The notes: generated from the sequence alone by a model not told the origin. 64,000 nt of DNA from a virus (IMGVR_UViG_3300048930_000283); one strand, 5' to 3'. Counted from the first letter of the stretch, positions 28,634 to 38,491 are shown. Made by a program: numbers and translations.

Positions 28634-31600
28634 TTATGGTGTTATAGTAATTTCAGCCTCTTGTCGACCAATCAGTAACCTTTCATCTAATAAAGGATCT
28701 CCTGATGCTATACTTAGTTCATTGATAGAAATGTCAGAAAACACGTTCATTGGAGTATCTATCAGACTAAATCTAATTGGTTCAACCCATCTGTAAGTCA
28801 TAAAGGGAACAACCTGAATTGAATCATTTGCTCCCGGTTGTAATACAATATTTATGCCCTCGTCAATACCCTCAACCAAATTTGACTGATTTGTTTGAAT
28901 AAAGGTAGTATTCTGCATTCGTCCAAACATCTTATATCCAGCTGGATGAACGGAATTTGTAACCACATAATCATAATCCCTCATAGACAAAGAACTGTCA
29001 ATAACATATGCAAAGTCCTGTATCATATTGTTATCATGAAGTTTAATGGTTCTGTTACTAAGCATACTAAAGTTGTTGTCAAATCTAAAGTTATTGATTG
29101 CCATACCAGACAGTGATATATTGGCCACTGCTATATCTACTTTGTTAACTGCTGCCGTAGCAAACGAATTCACACCCTCAACTACGTCACCCACACTGAT
29201 TTTAATAGACATTTCATCGTTGATTGCCATGCCAGATTCAGTAATTAAAGTGTCTGAGTTTTCAGTAGTTAACTCATAATAGTTTCCAACTGGAACTACT
29301 CGTATTTTGTTCACTTCTGTGTCATAACTATTTATAGTTCCATATGAAGGAAGGGCCCTGTAATCATCAAACAGCAAGTCCAGGGATGAATCATCCTCTA
29401 ATTCAAATGGCACACCAGATTCTAAAATTAACTCACTAGTAAGATCCTCCTCCGTTAAATGAACCAGCGAATTAATAGTAACAGATTCTCCTGGAATGAA
29501 TGTTGAGTCATTCGTATATGATATATTAGAATAAAATACAGGTAATGGAATCTCAGTATAATCTATTCCAACCTCCCTAAACGTAACCTTAGACACCGAA
29601 CCTATTGTGGTGGATGCAGCATAAACCTCTGCGCCAGACCCGGAGATAGATGAAACTGATAGTATGGGTGCTGCCTTAAATTCATCATTCTTTTCTATAT
29701 CTATAGTAGAGATTCTTCCTGCTGCACTAAAATCTGACACTTTAATCGTTGGTATCGACGTGTACCCAGACCCACGATTGACTACCAATAAATCACGTAG
29801 AGATCTATATCTTCTTTCAGTTACTACCTCAAGTTTTGGTTTTGAGGTGAAATCACCCAATACATCAATCCCAGCAACTGTATAATTAGAACCATGATTT
29901 GTCACATCTACACTATGAATTTTTCGTTCAACCAAAGCCTGTAATGACGTACCTGATCCACTACCCACCACTATAGTGGGGTTGGAATAGAACGCACCTG
30001 AGGTTTCAACAATAACATTGGATATGGTTCCATCAGTTAATACTGCTCGAAGTGATGCCCCAGATCCTGTTGGATCTGTTACGGTTAGGGTAGGTACTGA
30101 AACGTGAGTTCCCCCACTATGAATTATCACACCTTCTATACCAGTATTAATGTTTAGGTTATATTGGGCTCCTTTGCCATCACCCCTAAGATATGTTTGT
30201 GTTCCATATTGGTAGTTGACACCACCATTGTTGATATACACTCTGATAATCTTACCATCAAATACTTCAGGCACTAACACTGCACCAGAACCCGATCCAG
30301 TGACAGTTATAGTATCTCCCTCGGAGTAGTTAGTCCCAGCGTGCAGCACCTTGACCTTTATTATCACACCACTCTCTATAATGGGATGCAGCAATACCCC
30401 ATACCCAGTTATTGAGTTCACATTTAGTTTTAGTGGGGGTACTTCTGAAGTATCCCACAGCCCAGACCCACCATCAACCACCTTTATACCTGAAATAACT
30501 GAAGAGTCAGATAACGTGACGGAAAGTGATCCAGGAGATCCATGAGAGATAAACAGGTTATCTGTTAGTGAATCATACAATAAGGAGTCATCAACATTTA
30601 TTAATAAACTATCCCCTGTTTCTTGCAGAAGACCGAAAGTCTGCAATGTATAACCAGATCCACCACTAACAATATCAACTGATTTTATAACACCAGCAAC
30701 CACGTTTGTAGTTAGTACTGCATTAACACCCGCACTAGTATCATATACTACAGTTGCACCACTCGAATATCCTGATCCTCCATCAACAACTTCAATCCTA
30801 TCAACTGATCCAGCATCCAAGTGAACTCTAAATTCGGCCCCTCGACCCCGACCACTTGAAAGATCAAAAGATACGTCAGAATAGTTATGCCCAACTTCAT
30901 GTATAGATGCATCGTATAATCTGTAATCCACATCAGCCACAAACCCATGGCCTGATCCTGTTAGATTAACGAATGGAATGTTGTACGCAGAAACATCTCT
31001 CTCATATACACCCCTAGAAATTATGTTGAAGGATACTACCTGTCCCTTACTTAGAGTTTGGTCATTTATCAGTAAATCAGCAGAGAAGTCAGAACCAGAC
31101 CTTTCCTTAATAATAATCGACGCTGTAGTATACCCACTGCCTCCAGCAGCAACTGTAATGGCTGTTATACGGCCGTTTGAGTCGACGGTAGGTCTCAGGA
31201 TAGCTCCCACACCATCACCAACCACCTCTAATATAGGATCTACATAGTTCCACCCATTAGTGTTTACTGTGACAGATGATATTGAATTGGTGGTTATAGT
31301 AGCGGTAGCTGTTGCACCAAACCCGTTTACCTTAAATTGTAGGTTGTTTGCTGATATTGAAGGTACAGCATCTAATTTAACATCCAAGATTGACCCGTTA
31401 CTCACCATAGATTGCGTGTATCCTATAACAGCATTCTTATCAGCTAGGTCATTAAATATCGCTGTTGCACTCAGTCCAGCAACGATACTATCACCTGTAG
31501 GATTGTAGATGACAGGACTAAAGTAACGATACCCTATACCAGGATTGTTTATTTCAATGTTCAGCAGTTCCCAGGTAGAATCAACTGCAGTCACCTGAAT

Positions 31601-32638
31601 TCTAAGTGGTAGTACAGACAGATCTCTGACCCCAAGATTGGTTGCTTCAAGTATGTCACCCACAGCATATGCATACCCATTATGCATTGCATACACGTCG
31701 TTTACTTCCAACCTAACACCAACCTCAGCTCCCGTTCCATCTACGGTAGATACTACACCACTAAATTCAGATTGACTATTCGTTGCACTAACAGTATCAC
31801 CTACAGCATAGCCGTAACCCCCATTCTCAATCATTACTTCATCAATTGTTCCTGCGTTTACTTCCTCAATAACAGCTAAAGCTCTCACTCCATTACCGTT
31901 GATTAAATTCACTCTATCGCCAGGAATGTAACCACTACCACCCCAAACAACACTCGAGGTACCCAAAAGAGGAAGAACAGTACCGGTTGCATAATCATTC
32001 TCAGTTGCGTCTTGCAGTAACACGTCACGGTGTAAGAATCTTACTGCACTGCCCACTTCAAACGTATTAATTACCTTCTTATGATCTAACAGAATGATGC
32101 ACACATCTCGGCCACCAATATTCGCTATCTCATATGATATAGCATACCCTGATGCATACCATGGTAGGGTTTGTTCTATTTTAGCTCCCAATATTTTGGT
32201 AAAGTCCCCAGTACCCACTTCAACTGCTATAGTTACATCATGTATGTACTTATTGTCGGACGGTCGGAGAACAAATTCACTCTGCCAGGATAATGTAACA
32301 TCCTCATTGAATATAGCCCGCATTAGGAATTCAAACGTGGGCAATGATCCCTTAGCAGTAAAAAACTCTCGTATATTTTTTACTAATATAGTTTTGTTTA
32401 TGTGGGATGTTTCAGGAAATAGATGCAAGAACATTCCTACTGTTCGATCTGCATAGTACTCACTTGCAGTGTCTATGTCTTTATTCTGAATCAGTCTATT
32501 GAGAACCCCTGTACCACTACTTTCCTGCTCAGCCCATTGATAGTAGTACTGAAGAAACTTCTTGAGATTTGGATGAGCTGCTCTTAGGTAGTCGGGTATT
32601 TGATACGCTACAACATCTGACGTTAGTGCCTTTACCAT
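28634..32638 (-). CDS. Large baseplate wedge protein (1334 aa) in the gp7 position, with at least 10 repeated GGSGY...GD.V modules.
   Basis: Immediately downstream of gp6 as gp7 is in T4. Repeated modules include GGSGYIPGDRV, NGGYGYAVGDTV, DGGSGYSSGATV, NRGSGYTSIPTI. Confidence 0.6.
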   Translation of the reverse strand: MVKALTSDVVAYQIPDYLRAAHPNLKKFLQYYYQWAEQESSGTGVLNRLIQNKDIDTASEYYADRTVGMFLHLFPETSHINKTILVKNIREFFTAKGSLPTFEFLMRAIFNEDVTLSWQSEFVLRPSDNKYIHDVTIAVEVGTGDFTKILGAKIEQTLPWYASGYAISYEIANIGGRDVCIILLDHKKVINTFEVGSAVRFLHRDVLLQDATENDYATGTVLPLLGTSSVVWGGSGYIPGDRVNLINGNGVRALAVIEEVNAGTIDEVMIENGGYGYAVGDTVSATNSQSEFSGVVSTVDGTGAEVGVRLEVNDVYAMHNGYAYAVGDILEATNLGVRDLSVLPLRIQVTAVDSTWELLNIEINNPGIGYRYFSPVIYNPTGDSIVAGLSATAIFNDLADKNAVIGYTQSMVSNGSILDVKLDAVPSISANNLQFKVNGFGATATATITTNSISSVTVNTNGWNYVDPILEVVGDGVGAILRPTVDSNGRITAITVAAGGSGYTTASIIIKERSGSDFSADLLINDQTLSKGQVVSFNIISRGVYERDVSAYNIPFVNLTGSGHGFVADVDYRLYDASIHEVGHNYSDVSFDLSSGRGRGAEFRVHLDAGSVDRIEVVDGGSGYSSGATVVYDTSAGVNAVLTTNVVAGVIKSVDIVSGGSGYTLQTFGLLQETGDSLLINVDDSLLYDSLTDNLFISHGSPGSLSVTLSDSSVISGIKVVDGGSGLWDTSEVPPLKLNVNSITGYGVLLHPIIESGVIIKVKVLHAGTNYSEGDTITVTGSGSGAVLVPEVFDGKIIRVYINNGGVNYQYGTQTYLRGDGKGAQYNLNINTGIEGVIIHSGGTHVSVPTLTVTDPTGSGASLRAVLTDGTISNVIVETSGAFYSNPTIVVGSGSGTSLQALVERKIHSVDVTNHGSNYTVAGIDVLGDFTSKPKLEVVTERRYRSLRDLLVVNRGSGYTSIPTIKVSDFSAAGRISTIDIEKNDEFKAAPILSVSSISGSGAEVYAASTTIGSVSKVTFREVGIDYTEIPLPVFYSNISYTNDSTFIPGESVTINSLVHLTEEDLTSELILESGVPFELEDDSSLDLLFDDYRALPSYGTINSYDTEVNKIRVVPVGNYYELTTENSDTLITESGMAINDEMSIKISVGDVVEGVNSFATAAVNKVDIAVANISLSGMAINNFRFDNNFSMLSNRTIKLHDNNMIQDFAYVIDSSLSMRDYDYVVTNSVHPAGYKMFGRMQNTTFIQTNQSNLVEGIDEGINIVLQPGANDSIQVVPFMTYRWVEPIRFSLIDTPMNVFSDISINELSIASGDPLLDERLLIGRQEAEITITP

Positions 32639-32639
32639 G

Positions 32640-34427
32640 TTAGGATGCTGTCCTTGATTGCACTGATATGTTCAACTCTCTTATTCTAGGGATGATATTC
32701 TGACCAAAACTTATATCATCCTCCTTAACCGTTGCATAAAAATACAGTTTATCCAAGACGGTTTTACTGATTAGTATTGGGTTCACATATATTGCTCCAG
32801 TAATGTAGTCGATCGTACCCGCAGCTGCATTTTCTATAACCTTTTCCTCATCATAGTAGTACACTAACCTAAGACTCCCACTCTTGTCATCCTCTAAGTA
32901 CATGATGTTATTTATATCTCCTACGTAGAACCCACTTGATATTACCGCAGGCGCCTTATAGTCTTGATTCAGTTCGTTTGAGAAGGTGAACTTTATCTGA
33001 TCTTCATGATAGAAGTTGGGGATCACTTCCTTAATAAGGGACAAGTTAGTGGTGTTTGATATAATAGCAGCAGCACTCTTATCTATTGTGGTTAACAGAC
33101 TTGACTTCCTGAAGACCCCCTCAAACAGTGATGGGTTTAATGTAGTAGTTACGTAGTCATATATGACCGACTTAGTGTCAGACTCCAACACACCAACTGC
33201 AATGTCTAACAGTCTCTTATCATACGTGATAACAGTTGTGACTTTAAGGTCAATATATTCAGGATCTACGAACTCAAAGTTCATATTAGCTACTGCCTTG
33301 GTTTTTAGGTAGTCTACTATTAACTCTTGATCGGATGGGATCAAGATCTCACCCTCTTTAGGAACCACACTGAGGAAGACAGTATTGAACTTTGGTGGTA
33401 CGTTATCCTCCCCACCCCAAGCAACTACAGATTTTGTTCGTACAGCAGGGAACGCTTTGACTAACATCGAGTAGTCCTTCGCAACTACTGCTCGGTTTTG
33501 TATTCCGTAGAAGTTCAATGCATTATGTTTTATGCTTAGTTCAGATTCTCTGTCTTCACCCCCCGATGATTGCTCAATGGTTGATATAACAATATCTGAA
33601 CCCGCCCAGCCTGCAGGTTCACTATAGAAGCTAAAGGTGTTCCCATTATTGGCATCACTTCCGTTGCATGTTACGTAGTTTATCTGTACTGATGAAGTGT
33701 CTATTGGATTGTATCCTACTACACCATCACCGAAGTATATTTGATACTTCGAGTCATAACCCTCCTGCAGGTAATAGACTTTTGACGTTCCATCCAATGA
33801 TAAGAATGAATTGACTCGGGAGTACTCAAGATATCCGTCACTATAGTTCTCCCTCACAAAAACAGATAACGTGTTAATATCAATGTTTTCATTGGGTATG
33901 GTTAGTAGTGGGTTTAGACGGTCGTATGAGTATATGTTCCTCGTGTAGGTACCCTCATATATCATAACACCTGAGAAAGTGTATGTGTTAGGAGACCCTG
34001 TCTCCACAACAGAATCATACACTGTAATAGTGTTAAATGTGTAGTCCTCATCATTTATGCTTACTGTGAATTGTGTTCCTGTAGGTATAATGAGACTGCT
34101 AGGGTTCCCTGGTACATTGGTTACTACAATGTTTAGTTTTGCTCGAGCAGCAGTCATTGAGATGGGTACATAGCCCAACTCCTTCGCTCGTGACACAATA
34201 GAAGATCTCTTAGCAGCAGTGTCTATGAACAATTCATTTACGGCATAGTTAGCCAAGAGGGCTTGGTAGTGTGAGTTGTACGCCAATATGTCCAATATTA
34301 CTGACAGACCAGACGCATCAAAATTGTGGTCGGTAAACTCAGCCTGAGATGATAGATACTGCTTAATGTCAGCTCGTATATCATCAAACTCAAGCGTAGT
34401 TATTCTGGTTTTTGTGTCTATGCTCAT
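32640..34427 (-). CDS. gp6: Baseplate wedge subunit (gp6-like; 595 aa).
   Basis: N-terminal region LEFDDIRADIKQYLSSQAEFTDHNFDASGLSVILDILAYNSHYQALLANYAVNELFIDTAAKRSSIVSRAKELGYVPIS parallels T4 gp6 (...EIKQNLIEWLNGQNEFLDYDFEGSRLNVLCDLLAYNTLYIQQF...LRSSVVQAAQDNGYLPTS). Confidence 0.85.
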   Translation of the reverse strand: MSIDTKTRITTLEFDDIRADIKQYLSSQAEFTDHNFDASGLSVILDILAYNSHYQALLANYAVNELFIDTAAKRSSIVSRAKELGYVPISMTAARAKLNIVVTNVPGNPSSLIIPTGTQFTVSINDEDYTFNTITVYDSVVETGSPNTYTFSGVMIYEGTYTRNIYSYDRLNPLLTIPNENIDINTLSVFVRENYSDGYLEYSRVNSFLSLDGTSKVYYLQEGYDSKYQIYFGDGVVGYNPIDTSSVQINYVTCNGSDANNGNTFSFYSEPAGWAGSDIVISTIEQSSGGEDRESELSIKHNALNFYGIQNRAVVAKDYSMLVKAFPAVRTKSVVAWGGEDNVPPKFNTVFLSVVPKEGEILIPSDQELIVDYLKTKAVANMNFEFVDPEYIDLKVTTVITYDKRLLDIAVGVLESDTKSVIYDYVTTTLNPSLFEGVFRKSSLLTTIDKSAAAIISNTTNLSLIKEVIPNFYHEDQIKFTFSNELNQDYKAPAVISSGFYVGDINNIMYLEDDKSGSLRLVYYYDEEKVIENAAAGTIDYITGAIYVNPILISKTVLDKLYFYATVKEDDISFGQNIIPRIRELNISVQSRTAS

Positions 34428-34807
34428 CTAACTCTCTCTACTGATATGTTTATGGAGTGGGGTTCAGGGTCACCTATGACGTGAAACTCTAGAGCAACGT
34501 ACACTGTATTTCTATCAGGTTGCAGTATGACCCTCACGTCATCAATGGCAGCTCGGGGTTCATATGAGAACACTTGCTCTCTGACTTTTCTCTTGAGAAT
34601 CATTTTAGAGGCAGGAGTCATATTTTCAAACAGCAAGTGGTTAATCCCCATACCGAAGTCAGGAGAGAAGGGCTTTTCATATCCTGTAGTTAGAAATATG
34701 TGTTTTATTGCAGCCTTGACTGCATCAACATCAAATTTCTTAAGAACATCCCCTGTACCGGGGTGCTTCTTGAATGAAAGGTCTATATCTCTGTACGTGT
34801 GTGACAT
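34424..34807 (-). CDS. gp25: Baseplate wedge subunit (gp25-like, GPW/gp25 family; 127 aa).
   Basis: FSPDFGMGINHLLFENMTP matches the gp25/GPW lysozyme-like fold motif (T4 gp25 ...DQLFENMTPL...). It is adjacent to gp6. Confidence 0.8.
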   Translation of the reverse strand: MSHTYRDIDLSFKKHPGTGDVLKKFDVDAVKAAIKHIFLTTGYEKPFSPDFGMGINHLLFENMTPASKMILKRKVREQVFSYEPRAAIDDVRVILQPDRNTVYVALEFHVIGDPEPHSINISVERVR

Positions 34808-34837
34808 CTATTCTATATCATTGGAGGTGCAATGATA

Positions 34838-34845
34838 TATTTATC
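34838..34845 (-). promoter_or_regulatory. T4-type late promoter-like box GATAAATA, 31 nt upstream of the gp25 ATG.
   Basis: Minus-strand GATAAATATATC. Same box and spacing as the gp22, gp4 and gp48/54-like candidates. Confidence 0.4.
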
Positions 34846-35021
34846 AGGTGAAATTAACAGAGAAGTGGTGTTTTATAACTTATTGATTTACTTAGGGAAT
34901 AAAAATGAGTTGAGTTGAGGTTTGACAATAAATAAATCGCATGTCAGTATGTGCTTGTTGCTGCTTCGGTATGTAATATAAAACCAAATTTAAAAAGATA
35001 TTTAGATCTCTATATCTTTTC

Positions 35022-35246
35022 TTAATTAGCTAGCTTAAACATCAAAGCATCTTTTGGGTCTTCGAAATATATTCTAAGTGTGCTTAAGCTTGAATCTGGT
35101 AAGATAGAATCTGAGGTTGAGATGTAATATCTACTATTAGATTCATGCTCTTTACACCATAGAATACAGAAGTAAAATTTCCTATCTGTTCGACATTCTA
35201 TTGATACCTGAGTCCAGTGCCACTTAGCTGATTCACTTGCTCTCAT
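35022..35246 (-). CDS. Small protein, member of the 'W..(N/H)C...DAL.FKL' paralogous family (74 aa). Last gene of the tandem array.
   Basis: C-terminus ...ILWCKEHESNSRYY...FEDPKDALMFKLAN. Confidence 0.55.
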   Translation of the reverse strand: MRASESAKWHWTQVSIECRTDRKFYFCILWCKEHESNSRYYISTSDSILPDSSLSTLRIYFEDPKDALMFKLAN

Positions 35247-35470
35247 TCTTCTACTTCAGTGATAGTAATCGAATCACCAATCCGAAGAAGTCCAATATTG
35301 GTTCGATCATCGACCTCAAGCAGTCTAATCAGTTCCTTCTGAATAGCAATATCATTGCTATTCGAGACCTCAATTACATAAGAGACCAATTCACCACCTG
35401 TTCCATTCAAAGCAATCTTTACTTTCATGCTGTTACTCCTTATCAGTGAGTCTTCATAGTACTTCGTCAT
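35243..35470 (-). CDS. Small hypothetical protein (75 aa) without the family motif.
   Basis: Complete ORF whose stop overlaps the next gene's start. Confidence 0.45.
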   Translation of the reverse strand: MTKYYEDSLIRSNSMKVKIALNGTGGELVSYVIEVSNSNDIAIQKELIRLLEVDDRTNIGLLRIGDSITITEVEE

Positions 35471-35640
35471 TATATCAACAAAGTATCTAAGAATGTAGAT
35501 ATTTTTACAACTGCTTGTTTATTCTTAAGTTATAGAGAAAACGGGTAGTGCTTGATGGTTAAGCATATCGAGGATGTATGGACATACATGGTCAAATAAA
35601 ACTCATTTTTGACCTTCGTAATATCTTGATTTTAAAGTTC

Positions 35641-35679
35641 TAAAAAACGCAAAATATCAGTTGCTGCCTGTTTAGCAAC
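35641..35679 (-). terminator. Possible intrinsic terminator (6-bp stem gttgct/agcaac, 8-nt loop, then uuuugcguuuuuua) within the array.
   Basis: Seen on the minus strand immediately after the 35684 stop. The short stem makes this only moderate. Confidence 0.3.
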
Positions 35680-35683
35680 ATAT

Positions 35684-35911
35684 CTATGTTTTTATGCAAC
35701 GAACAGCTTGAAGTCCTCCTACAGATAGCAGGAGTCGAACTACATCTGACTCATGTTTCATTCGTGACACCTTTCCATACCCATGTAGTAGTTGATAATC
35801 ACTATCACAATTCATTACAATCCACTCATGTGCTTTTTTCTTAATTTCTCTATCTTGATGGTCATGATAATATTTACCATCAACTGTGATTAGGAATTCA
35901 GTCATGACCAT
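35684..35911 (-). CDS. Small protein, subfamily B of the array (75 aa; AHEWIVMNC ... ESDVVRLLLSVGGL).
   Basis: Paralogous to 37105..37371 (AHEWIVANC ... ESEVVRLLLAVDGL). Confidence 0.55.
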   Translation of the reverse strand: MVMTEFLITVDGKYYHDHQDREIKKKAHEWIVMNCDSDYQLLHGYGKVSRMKHESDVVRLLLSVGGLQAVRCIKT

Positions 35912-36123
35912 CTCAACTTGAACATCATAGCATCTTCTTCGAATTCGAATGCTATAGCAGATGGATGTCCAAGCTCATGATACCTGACAGTGTACCTACC
36001 CTTCGAAGGATGGTTGTCACACCAGCTGGTTAGATCATATAACGCAACTTGGTACCAATTAAATTGAACTTTATACCATGGATGGTTTATATGAGGAGAT
36101 GAGTTGACACGAATCATAACCAC
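35902..36123 (-). CDS. Small protein of the DAL.FKLRW family (73 aa by the track; probably starts at the internal ATG).
   Basis: ...SWCDNHPSKGRYTV...FEFEEDAMMFKLRWS. ATGA overlap with its neighbour. Confidence 0.55.
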   Translation of the reverse strand: MVMIRVNSSPHINHPWYKVQFNWYQVALYDLTSWCDNHPSKGRYTVRYHELGHPSAIAFEFEEDAMMFKLRWS

Positions 36124-36296
36124 AGGCGAAACATCAGTGCATCATACGAATTGTCAAACCTAACCACACCAGACTCAGAGAACCAAAAGCGACCGCTGCA
36201 ATTCTCCTCACACCACTGATGAATAGAAAATATTGTGCGATCCATGAATGTCACACTAAAAGGGAACTGCCTAGCTAGATATTCATTCATGACCAT
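36114..36296 (-). CDS. Small protein of the DAL.FKLRW family (60 aa).
   Basis: ...IHQWCEENCSGRFWF...RFDNSYDALMFRLWL. Confidence 0.55.
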   Translation of the reverse strand: MVMNEYLARQFPFSVTFMDRTIFSIHQWCEENCSGRFWFSESGVVRFDNSYDALMFRLWL

Positions 36297-36592
36297 CTCA
36301 ACCTGAACAGTAAGGCGTCCTGCTTAGACCTGAATTCTACAACTCGTGCCCAATCATGCAATATTGATTTTTCCTGGCAGTGAAGTTCCAGCCATTTAAA
36401 GACCTCGGCACTATTCCCGTTAAAATAAATAGCAAGTTCTGGATCATCAGCAAATTGTCTTCTCTTCTTAGCAGTGTATCTCTCGAGGGAACCACTCAGG
36501 AGCGCATGAGGTGACATTGTATCTACAATGTCAGCAAACGTCTTACACTCGGTCTTTGATGTAGTAGTGTCCATAGTCACATATTCTTGCAT
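36287..36592 (-). CDS. Small protein of the DAL.FKLRW family (101 aa).
   Basis: ...VFKWLELHCQEKSIL...VVEFRSKQDALLFRLRWS. Confidence 0.55.
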   Translation of the reverse strand: MQEYVTMDTTTSKTECKTFADIVDTMSPHALLSGSLERYTAKKRRQFADDPELAIYFNGNSAEVFKWLELHCQEKSILHDWARVVEFRSKQDALLFRLRWS

Positions 36593-36671
36593 TCTAGGAA
36601 CTGCAGTTTCATAATGTCTTGATTATAAAGGAATTATCAATAATTGTCAAGAACTAAATTATACTTAGTAA

Positions 36672-36896
36672 TCAAGATGATACTGTGCTAACCCGAATTC
36701 GAACCTGCTCAACTTTAAGATTATTGAACTGCAGTTTAGCGAACACAACATCTGCCTCTGAAAACAGGTATACAGACCCATACAGATTAAGCCACAGGCC
36801 ATTACAATTAGTATTGGCCCACTCAATTAGATTATCAATAGTGGAATGAGATGGTGACACATGATACGCCACATGATACTCAGCTGGGATATCCAT
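36672..36896 (-). CDS. Small protein, diverged family member (74 aa; IEWANTNCNGLW ... FSEADVVFAKLQF).
   Basis: Shares the W-x-N-C and D-(A/V)-V-F-x-K-L core with its neighbours. Confidence 0.5.
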   Translation of the reverse strand: MDIPAEYHVAYHVSPSHSTIDNLIEWANTNCNGLWLNLYGSVYLFSEADVVFAKLQFNNLKVEQVRIRVSTVSS

Positions 36897-36904
36897 TTTA
36901 AACC

Positions 36905-37105
36905 TTAATTATAAAAATTGGGAATCAACTTAACAATAAGCTGCGTGAAGGTTAACTTAGCTAGGACAACATCCTGCTCGGACACACAGTATATTGCCCC
37001 ATGTATATCATCGTGCCAAGGTCCGATAAAATTAGCTCTAGCCCACACTACTAGCTCATCTCGCCGACCATAAGCTAACCAAAGACAATATACTGATTCT
37101 TCCAT
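36905..37105 (-). CDS. Small protein, diverged family member (66 aa; VVWARANF ... VSEQDVVLAKLTF).
   Basis: Paralogous to 36672..36896. Confidence 0.5.
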   Translation of the reverse strand: MEESVYCLWLAYGRRDELVVWARANFIGPWHDDIHGAIYCVSEQDVVLAKLTFTQLIVKLIPNFYN

Positions 37106-37371
37106 TACTCAATACTTCCACCCATCACTCTTAATCCATCTACTGCTAGTAGTAACCTAACTACTTCCGACTCATTTTTCATCCAAGCAACAGTCACGTG
37201 ACCACGGCCGTGGTCACGTGTCACGTGACCACGGATCAATCTATACGAACAACAGTTAGCTACTATCCACTCATGAGCAGTATCCCTAACTGAGTGCTCA
37301 CCTGACCGAGGATCCGATACTACAATGAGAAACCATCCGGGTAACATCACATCCACCTCAACTTGAACCAT
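37105..37371 (-). CDS. Small protein, subfamily B (88 aa).
   Basis: AHEWIVANCCSYRLIRG ... KNESEVVRLLLAVDGL. Confidence 0.5.
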   Translation of the reverse strand: MVQVEVDVMLPGWFLIVVSDPRSGEHSVRDTAHEWIVANCCSYRLIRGHVTRDHGRGHVTVAWMKNESEVVRLLLAVDGLRVMGGSIE

Positions 37372-37535
37372 GCTGCTGCTTTAGGGTCGTATATCTTAAT
37401 ATATCTTCCGTACTCACCTATAGTATAAGTGTCGGGACTGAGGTTCTCCTTGCACCACTTCTTTATCTCACGACCATCGGATCGAAACATGAGGTCGCAC
37501 AAGTACTGCTCACTACTATAGTTCACTTCGCCCAT
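37347..37535 (-). CDS. Small protein of the family (62 aa).
   Basis: ...IKKWCKENLSPDTYTIGEYGRYIKIYDPKAAAWFKLRWM. Confidence 0.55.
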   Translation of the reverse strand: MGEVNYSSEQYLCDLMFRSDGREIKKWCKENLSPDTYTIGEYGRYIKIYDPKAAAWFKLRWM

Positions 37536-37741
37536 AATCTGAATACTAGCGCATCTTGCTCGTTATCGAACTCAACCAGGTGTGCGCCAAGTGCTAAGTA
37601 GTACTTACCTACGTGATGCTGCTTCAACCATCTGCACACTTCTCCGTGACTATTACTATATGGTACTACTAAAGGGTGCGGGTTCTCCTTGAAGTACTCG
37701 TGAGCTGTCGGGTGCCAACTCATCTCACTCATCTTGACCAC
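37523..37741 (-). CDS. Small protein of the family (72 aa).
   Basis: ...VCRWLKQHHVGKYYLALGAHLVEFDNEQDALVFRLWAK. Confidence 0.55.
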   Translation of the reverse strand: MVKMSEMSWHPTAHEYFKENPHPLVVPYSNSHGEVCRWLKQHHVGKYYLALGAHLVEFDNEQDALVFRLWAK

Positions 37742-37976
37742 TTAGCTTGAATAGTAGCGCATCTTGCTCACTGCTGAAGATTACTGCCCATATTCCGTCT
37801 ACTAAGTACCACTCCTGCGAGCAGTGCTGCTCGCACCACGTTCTCACTTCTTTCTGACCACTAGCGTATGGTATCACGTACAACTCCTTCGTGCAGTGCT
37901 GAATGCACCATCTCACTTCTTGCTCACCACTATAGTACGGTATCACGTACAACTCCGCATTAGACGACTTAATCAC
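37725..37976 (-). CDS. Small protein of the family with an internally duplicated N-terminal half-module (83 aa).
   Basis: ELYVIPYYSGEQEVRWCIQHC / ELYVIPYASGQKEVRTWCEQHC, then ...FSSEQDALLFKLSGQDE. Confidence 0.55.
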   Translation of the reverse strand: MIKSSNAELYVIPYYSGEQEVRWCIQHCTKELYVIPYASGQKEVRTWCEQHCSQEWYLVDGIWAVIFSSEQDALLFKLSGQDE

Positions 37977-38037
37977 CTAGATCCACCATTTTTCTCTTGT
38001 TTTCTTACTTACCTGCTAAATTGGTTTTCTTACTATT

Positions 38038-38295
38038 TTATTGCACTAAATTGGAAACTCTTGTCTTGGGCTCTATTTTTAGATAGAACATTGTCATGTA
38101 TTTTTCTGGCTGGCACGTCAGCCAGACTACTTGCTTTGGATCTTCTATCTGTCTAAGAACCTTCGAAGCCTTGTACTGCCAGAAGTATGGATTTTGCTGT
38201 GCGTCTAGCTGCACTCTGGCTATTCCACCGTCTACTGAATTCGACCAGTGGATATAGTCCCAACCGAAAATCTTATTAAGCAACTTATATAGCAT
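38038..38295 (-). CDS. Small hypothetical protein (85 aa), not obviously of the family.
   Basis: Complete ORF in the array. Confidence 0.4.
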   Translation of the reverse strand: MLYKLLNKIFGWDYIHWSNSVDGGIARVQLDAQQNPYFWQYKASKVLRQIEDPKQVVWLTCQPEKYMTMFYLKIEPKTRVSNLVQ

Positions 38296-38491
38296 ATTTT
38301 AGCCTGAACCATAGTGCGTCTTTTTCGTTATTGAAGTAAAATACATCTTTTGTTCTTATTCTACCGTTTGAATCTCTCTGATTATTGGTACTATCAAGGT
38401 TTTTTACTTTAAAATTTATTTTCAATTCCACCAATTCCTTCTTGATAGATCCGTGTTCCTCGACTGAGGTGAATAATTCTACTTTAAACAT
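38285..38491 (-). CDS. Small protein of the family (68 aa).
   Basis: ...RTKDVFYFNNEKDALWFRLKYAI. Confidence 0.55.
   Translation of the reverse strand: MFKVELFTSVEEHGSIKKELVELKINFKVKNLDSTNNQRDSNGRIRTKDVFYFNNEKDALWFRLKYAI

Noticed and set aside
28634-32638. Calling the 1334-aa protein a definite gp7 orthologue on the basis of a recalled F..KG...FL..NE.V block
   Set aside because: My recollection of the T4 gp7 sequence is not reliable enough. Only the position next to gp6 and the size class support the call, so it is kept as 'gp7-position protein'.
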